This document shows, in pieces, positions 58,899 through 64,000 of a stretch of 64,000 nt of DNA (position 1 is its first letter; the number at the start of each line of letters is the position of its first letter). This DNA is from Betaproteobacteria bacterium. GTDB taxonomy: Bacteria > Pseudomonadota > Gammaproteobacteria > Burkholderiales > SHXO01. The translations under genes were made by a program, and so were the position numbers. The stretch spans positions 536 to 64,535 of the forward strand of contig SHXO01000004.1 in NCBI GenBank assembly GCA_009693245.1, in the 5' to 3' direction. The notes under the pieces are model-generated. The model saw only the letters and a list, made by a program, of their open reading frames with translations. It was not told the DNA's origin and did not search any database.

Positions 58899-58963
58899 GG
58901 GGGCGATAGGCGTGAGGTGTTAGGTGTGCGGGGCGAGCGGTGAAGAGTTTTACGCCTCACGCC

Positions 58964-60301
58964 TCACCCAAGTTGTTTCAGTGCATCCGCCACCGTACCC
59001 ACGATTTGATCGATTTGGGCTTTCTCGACAATGAGGGGCGGCGAGAACGCCAGCGTATCGCCCGTGGTCCGGATGAGGACGCCCTTTTCCCAGCAGCGGG
59101 TGAATATGCTCATCGCCCGCGCCGTGGGCTTGCCTGCGATCGGTTCCAGTTCGACTCCCGCCACCATGCCGATATTGCGAACGTCGGTCACGTGGGGTAG
59201 GCCCTTCAGGGCATGCACCGCGTCTTCCAGATAAGGTGCGAGCGATGCGGCGCGCTCGAATAGCTTTTCCTCTTTCAACAGATCCATGGTGGCGATAGCC
59301 GCGGCCGAGGCCAGAGGATGCCCGGAGTAGGTGTAACCGTGATAGAACTCGATGCCGTCGGGGCCGTCCATGAATGCGTCGTAGATCTCCTTGCGCACGA
59401 TCACGCCTCCCATGGGAACGGCGGCGTTGGTGACACCCTTGGCGAAGGTGATCATGTCTGGGACCACGCCAAAGGTCTGGGAACCGAAGGCACTACCAGT
59501 GCGGCCGAAACCTGTGATGACTTCATCGAAGATCAGCAAGATGCCGTGCTTGTCGCAGATCTGGCGCAGGCGTTGTAGATAACCCTTGGGCGGTATGAGC
59601 ACACCGGTGGAGCCCGCCATGGGTTCCACGATCACCGCCGCGATGTTGGAGGCATCGTGCAGCGGAATCAACCGGTTCTCCAATTCGTCCGCCAGGTGGG
59701 CACCGTGTTCAGGCTGGCCGCGAGAGTAAGCATTCTCCCTGGGAAGATGAGTGTGCGGCAGGTGATCCACATTAGGCAGCAGGCTAGAGTTGAATACTTT
59801 GCGGTTGGCCGTCATGCCCCCCACGGAAATACCCCCAAATCCCACGCCGTGATAACCGCGTTCCCGGCCGATCAGCATGCGCCGGCTGGCCTCGCCCGTG
59901 GCACGGTGGTACGCCAGGGCGATTTTTAATGCCGTGTCCACGGCTTCCGAGCCGGAGTTGGTGAAAAAGACTTGGGTCATTCCCTTCGGGGCGATGGAAA
60001 CGATGCGCTCCGCCGCGATGAATGGCATGGGGCTATGGAGCTGGAAACCCGTGGCGTAGTCCAGACTCTCCGCTTGTTTCTTGATGGCCTCCACGATGGG
60101 TGCTCTGCAATGCCCCGCGTTCACGGCCCACAAACCCGCGATGCCATCGAGTATCTGGCGTCCGTTGTGGTCGGTGTAATGCATGTCTTTCGCCGCCACC
60201 AGCAGGCGGGGAGCGGCCTTGAATTGGCGGTTGGCGGTGAAAGGTATCCATAGGGGCGTGAGGTTGAGTTGAGCGAGTAGATCTTGTTCTCGGGTTCCCA
60301 T
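58964..60301 (-). CDS. Class III (omega) aminotransferase, beta-alanine/omega-amino acid:pyruvate type
   Basis: NSGSEAVDTALK, DEVITGFGRTG and TFAKG (PLP Lys) motifs. 445 aa. Confidence 0.88.
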   Translation of the reverse strand: MGTREQDLLAQLNLTPLWIPFTANRQFKAAPRLLVAAKDMHYTDHNGRQILDGIAGLWAVNAGHCRAPIVEAIKKQAESLDYATGFQLHSPMPFIAAERIVSIAPKGMTQVFFTNSGSEAVDTALKIALAYHRATGEASRRMLIGRERGYHGVGFGGISVGGMTANRKVFNSSLLPNVDHLPHTHLPRENAYSRGQPEHGAHLADELENRLIPLHDASNIAAVIVEPMAGSTGVLIPPKGYLQRLRQICDKHGILLIFDEVITGFGRTGSAFGSQTFGVVPDMITFAKGVTNAAVPMGGVIVRKEIYDAFMDGPDGIEFYHGYTYSGHPLASAAAIATMDLLKEEKLFERAASLAPYLEDAVHALKGLPHVTDVRNIGMVAGVELEPIAGKPTARAMSIFTRCWEKGVLIRTTGDTLAFSPPLIVEKAQIDQIVGTVADALKQLG

Positions 60302-60508
60302 GGCGGTATCTCCTGATTGGGGGGCGAACGAGGGAGAGGGGAAAGGACAGGCCTGAGATTATAGACCCTGGCCGTTGCATGTCGTATCAATACCGGCTGC
60401 GGTGATTGAATCGCTTTCTCGAAGGGAATGTCCGATCCGTGAAGTAAGGCCGGCGGTTGCCCGGCCGGCGCCAATCCCGTAAGCTTCGCCGAATATGATG
60501 AGAGGATC

Positions 60509-61699
60509 ATGGATTTAAATTACAACGCTGAAGAACTCGCTTTTCGCGAGCAAGTTTCCGCCTTCGTGCGGGCCAACCTACCTGGCGATATTTCTCGCAA
60601 GGTGCTGGAGCACAAGCGCCTGGGGAAAGAGGATTACGTCCGCTGGCAGAAAGTTCTGTACAAGCAGGGCTGGATCGCGCCCGCCTGGCCAAGAGAATTC
60701 GGGGGGTGCGCGTGGAATCCCGTCGAGAGGCACATTTTCGATGAGGTGTGCGCCGAGGCGGGCGCGCCGCCCGTGGTCGCCTTCGGAGTCCACATGGTGG
60801 CGCCTGTCATCATGGCCTTCGGCAATGCCGCGCAGAAGAATTACTACCTTCCCAGAATTGCGTCGAGCGAAGATTTCTGGTGCCAAGGGTATTCCGAACC
60901 TGGTTCAGGTTCTGATCTGGCGTCCTTGAAAACTCGTGCCGTGCGAAAAGGGGATCATTACATCGTCAGCGGCCAGAAGACTTGGACCACCATGGCCCAC
61001 TGGGCCGACAAAATCTTCTGTCTGGTTCGTACATCGAGCGATGGCAAAAAACAGGAAGGCATCTCCTTCTTGCTCATCGACATGCATTCGCCCGGCGTAA
61101 CCGTGCGGCCCATTATCATGTTCGACGGCGAACACGAAGTGAACGAGGTATTTTTCGACGACGTCGAGGTTCCAGTGGGAAATTTGATCGGCGAAGAAGG
61201 GCGCGGCTGGACATACGCCAAGTTCCTGCTCTCCCACGAGCGCACGGGTATCGCGGCGGTGGGGCGCTCGAAGCGCGAACTGCGTTTACTCAAGAATATC
61301 GCGGCCCAAGAATACGGGCACGACTCGATGGGCGATACGCGCTTCCGCGACAAGATCGCACGGCTGGAAATCGACATATGGGCGTTGGAAATCACCGTGC
61401 TGCGTGTGCTGGCTGCCGAAACGCAGGGCCGCCCGCCCGGTCCCGAAGCCTCCATCCTCAAGATCAAGGGCACGGAGATTCAGCAGGCCCTCACGGAATT
61501 GATGATGGATGCCGTGGGTTACATGGGCTTGCCGCACCTTCCCATGTCATGGGGAGATCACTGGCTTGGGGATTACGTAGGGCCGGAATACGCCGCGCCT
61601 CTCGCCACGCGGTACTTCAATTACCGCAAGGTTTCCATCTACGGGGGCACCAATGAAATCCAGCGCAACATCGTCAGCCAAATGATTCTCGGATTGTAA
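60509..61699 (+). CDS. Acyl-CoA dehydrogenase family protein
   Basis: CQGYSEPGSGSDLASL, SGQKTWTT and YGGTNEIQRNIV motifs. 396 aa. Confidence 0.9.
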   Translation: MDLNYNAEELAFREQVSAFVRANLPGDISRKVLEHKRLGKEDYVRWQKVLYKQGWIAPAWPREFGGCAWNPVERHIFDEVCAEAGAPPVVAFGVHMVAPVIMAFGNAAQKNYYLPRIASSEDFWCQGYSEPGSGSDLASLKTRAVRKGDHYIVSGQKTWTTMAHWADKIFCLVRTSSDGKKQEGISFLLIDMHSPGVTVRPIIMFDGEHEVNEVFFDDVEVPVGNLIGEEGRGWTYAKFLLSHERTGIAAVGRSKRELRLLKNIAAQEYGHDSMGDTRFRDKIARLEIDIWALEITVLRVLAAETQGRPPGPEASILKIKGTEIQQALTELMMDAVGYMGLPHLPMSWGDHWLGDYVGPEYAAPLATRYFNYRKVSIYGGTNEIQRNIVSQMILGL

Positions 61700-61703
61700 G
61701 TAC

Positions 61704-62891
61704 ATGGATTTCTCCTTTACCGAAGAACAAAGCCTGCTGCGCGATTCCGTAGAACGCTTCCTAGAGAAGAACTACAGCTTCGAACAGCGCCGCGCCATCG
61801 TGGACGGCCGCCAAGGTATGAGTGCGACCGCCTGGGAAGGATTGGCGTCCCTGGGCCTGCTAGGATCGACCATTTCCTCGGACTACGGCGGCTATGGGGG
61901 AAGCAGCATAGAAACCATGATCGTCATGGAAGCCTTCGGCCGCCATCTCGTACTCGAACCTTACTGGCCCACCGTGGTGGCATGCGCCGCGGCCATACAA
62001 CTCGCCGGCGACGATGAGCAGAAGAGAGTTTTGCTGCCGCGCATCGCCGATGGCTCCATGAAATTCGCCCTGGCCCACGCGGAGTTGGGCGCGCGTTACA
62101 ACCTCGCCCACGTGGAAACCACTGCTCATCAGGAAGCCGGGCAGTGGGTCATCAGTGGCAAGAAAACGGCGGTGATCCATGGCGCGGCCGCGGACCTACT
62201 CATCGTGGCCGCGCGCACGAGCGGCCGCCCGTCCGAGCGTCTGGGCATCTCGCTGTTTTTCGTGAATCCCGCCGAAGAAGGCGTTGAAGGCCGCGATTAC
62301 CCGACTTACGACGGCATGCGGGCGGCGGAGGTAAGTTTCAACAACGTTCGCATCGGCGCCGAATCCTTGATTGGTGCACTTGATGACGGATACCATTTTC
62401 TGGAAACGGTGGTGGACCGAGCCATCGCGGCGTTATGCGCCGAAGCCGTGGGTTGCATGGATGCCCTCAACACGCAGACCTTGGAGTATTTGAAGACTCG
62501 CCAACAGTTTGGCGTGCCCATCGGCAAATTCCAGGCGCTGCAACATCGCATGGTGGATATCCGCATGGAATACGAAATGGCCAGGTCAATGGCTATCCTG
62601 GCAGCCGTGAAGGTGGACAGCGCCGGTCCCGTGGAGCGCCGGCGTGCAGTGTCCGCGGCCAAGGAGCGTATCGGCCGCGCCGCGAGATTCGTGGGCCAAC
62701 AAGCCATTCAGTTGCATGGCGGCATGGGCATGACCAATGAGTTGCCAGCGGGGCATTACTTCAAGCGGTTGACCGCCATCGATACCCAATTCGGTCCCAG
62801 CGATCACCACCTGGATCGATTCCTGTCGGCGGAAGATGCGACTCCAGTGGAGGTTCCGGTACGACTCAAATCCCGGTGGAAGAAGATATAA
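61704..62891 (+). CDS. Acyl-CoA dehydrogenase family protein (second, paired subunit-like)
   Basis: ACAD fold motifs (QFGVPIGKFQALQHRM, IQLHGGMGMTNE). 395 aa, 4 nt after the first ACAD. Confidence 0.88.
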   Translation: MDFSFTEEQSLLRDSVERFLEKNYSFEQRRAIVDGRQGMSATAWEGLASLGLLGSTISSDYGGYGGSSIETMIVMEAFGRHLVLEPYWPTVVACAAAIQLAGDDEQKRVLLPRIADGSMKFALAHAELGARYNLAHVETTAHQEAGQWVISGKKTAVIHGAAADLLIVAARTSGRPSERLGISLFFVNPAEEGVEGRDYPTYDGMRAAEVSFNNVRIGAESLIGALDDGYHFLETVVDRAIAALCAEAVGCMDALNTQTLEYLKTRQQFGVPIGKFQALQHRMVDIRMEYEMARSMAILAAVKVDSAGPVERRRAVSAAKERIGRAARFVGQQAIQLHGGMGMTNELPAGHYFKRLTAIDTQFGPSDHHLDRFLSAEDATPVEVPVRLKSRWKKI

Positions 62892-62899
62892 ACGCGCCC

Positions 62900-63469
62900 A
62901 TGCGATTGCTGGCCTGTCTTTTGGCCGCGTTCTTGATGTCAAGCACATTGGGCTGCGGCAAAAAAGATCCGCCAGGAGTGCGTTTGGTGCAAGCGGTGCG
63001 CGATAACAAGATGAGCGAGGTGGACAAGCTGCTTGCGGAAGGTGTCGATCCCAATTCCAAGGATAGCGCCCTGAAGGACGCGCGCACCGCGCTCTATCAC
63101 GCCGCGGTGTTCGGCTACACGGAAATCGCCAAGAAACTCTTGGAGAAAGGTGCCAAAGTGGATCTGGGCGCGCCAGAAACCAACCAAACGCCGTTGATGA
63201 TCGCCGCCTTCAACGAAAACCGTGACATGGTGGTCTTGTTGCTGGGCGCTGGCGCCCAAGTCAACGCCCAAGACCCTGCCGGTGACACCCCCCTCACCCA
63301 GGCGGCGCGCAGAGGCAATGCGGAACTTATCGTCATTCTCGTCAATGCGGGCGCCGACATGGGCATGCGCACAAGTGAAGGGCTGACCGCGCTGTGCCTC
63401 GCGAAGCAAAGCAACTTCACCGCGGCGGTTGAGGTATTGGAGAAGGCAGGGTCACCCACGGAGTGCTAG
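62900..63469 (+). CDS. Ankyrin-repeat lipoprotein
   Basis: The ATG at 62900 gives MRLLACLLAAFLMSSTLGC (lipobox). Four ankyrin-like repeats (TALYHAAVFGYTEIAKKLLEKGAKVD, TPLMIAAFNENRDMVVLLLGAGAQVN, TPLTQAARRGNAELIVILVNAGAD...). Confidence 0.8.
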   Translation: MRLLACLLAAFLMSSTLGCGKKDPPGVRLVQAVRDNKMSEVDKLLAEGVDPNSKDSALKDARTALYHAAVFGYTEIAKKLLEKGAKVDLGAPETNQTPLMIAAFNENRDMVVLLLGAGAQVNAQDPAGDTPLTQAARRGNAELIVILVNAGADMGMRTSEGLTALCLAKQSNFTAAVEVLEKAGSPTEC

Positions 63470-63566
63470 GGAAGTACTGAACAAGTGGGCTCGCCCCCTC
63501 GTAACTCCCTGAAAGTATGATCACGCTGATCGTGCGAAATAGCTTGACCAGAGTTTCCCTAGGTGA

Positions 63567-64000
63567 TTATTGGTGTAGGGCATCCGCAATGGTCCGATGG
63601 TTCAGGTGCGGAGCAAACATCTCGATGAATTCGTAGGCGTAGGCCCGCAGGTAACAGTGGCGGCGAATCCCCAAGCGAGTGATGCTGGGTTCGAAAAGAT
63701 GCGAAGCGTCGAGCATGCGAAAGGCGCGGTCCTGGGACTTGTCGTAGGCCATGGCCGCCACGATTCCTATTCCCAGTCCGAGGCCAACGTAGGTCTTGAT
63801 CACATCGGCATCTATGGCCGCGAGCGCGACGTTCGGCGTTAATCCCTTCTCCTCGAAGGCTTTGTTCATCAGCGAACGGCCGGCGAAATTCAAGTCGTAA
63901 GTGATGATAGGGTACATAGCGAGGGCTTCCAGCGTGACCTGTTTCTCCTTCAGCAGAGGATGCCCTGGCAGCACCAGGATGCAGCGGTTCCATTGGTAGC
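63567..64000 (-). CDS. cysB: LysR-family regulator CysB (C-terminal part; the gene runs off the right edge)
   Basis: YQWNRCILVLPGHPLL...TYDLNFAGRS...IDADVIKTYVGLGLGIGIVAAMA...LRAYAYEFIEMFAPHL is collinear with the E. coli CysB effector domain from memory. Confidence 0.82.
   Translation of the reverse strand, partial: YQWNRCILVLPGHPLLKEKQVTLEALAMYPIITYDLNFAGRSLMNKAFEEKGLTPNVALAAIDADVIKTYVGLGLGIGIVAAMAYDKSQDRAFRMLDASHLFEPSITRLGIRRHCYLRAYAYEFIEMFAPHLNHRTIADALHQ

Noticed and set aside
60302-60508. 207-bp leader upstream of the first acyl-CoA dehydrogenase as a possible riboswitch or sRNA
   Set aside because: It contains one GC hairpin (GGCCGGCGGTTGCCCGGCC), but I could identify no motif matching a known riboswitch class. 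It is more simply a divergent promoter region.

Overview
GC-rich (roughly 58-60%) proteobacterial chromosomal window, densely coded, mixing core housekeeping genes with aromatic and amino-acid catabolism. I saw no CRISPR array, transposase, integrase, phage gene or recognisable defence system. Left to right: a truncated DksA/TraR-like start, a tRNA-Pro/Arg/His operon, ABC-F ATPase, htpX, an upper phenylacetate pathway block (paaA-B-C-E-I-K, no paaD), three small orphan genes, fdhD, a DAACS transporter coupled to benzoylformate decarboxylase and a secreted amidohydrolase, DUF2147, an FAD oxidase, a TMTC-like TPR membrane protein plus a 577-aa orphan secreted protein, ETF-ubiquinone oxidoreductase, a thioesterase, an SDR with hpnE-hpnD-hpnC (squalene synthesis), tRNA-Leu, tig-clpP-clpX-lon-hupB, tRNA-Val/Asp, ppiD, fabI, a four-gene peptide-type ABC importer, mltD, methyltransferase-rnhA-dnaQ, then a minus-strand operon hmgA-fahA-hydratase-ureohydrolase-Leu/Phe dehydrogenase, a nu-class GST, an S41 peptidase, a MetE-like protein, a TauD-like dioxygenase, a TPR protein, an MlrC-like peptidase, a class III aminotransferase, two acyl-CoA dehydrogenases, an ankyrin lipoprotein and a partial cysB. 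I found no convincing new multi-gene system. The points most worth a second look are two genes that each appear to carry one extra nucleotide. One is a ureohydrolase whose frameshift creates a false 668-aa fusion ORF. The other is a TMTC-like glycosyltransferase whose catalytic N-terminus is out of frame. Also of interest are the orphan secreted HExxH protein next to the latter, the paaD-less paa block, and several short tandem or inverted repeats in promoter regions. Many long ORFs in the track are antisense or upstream-extension artefacts typical of GC-rich DNA.
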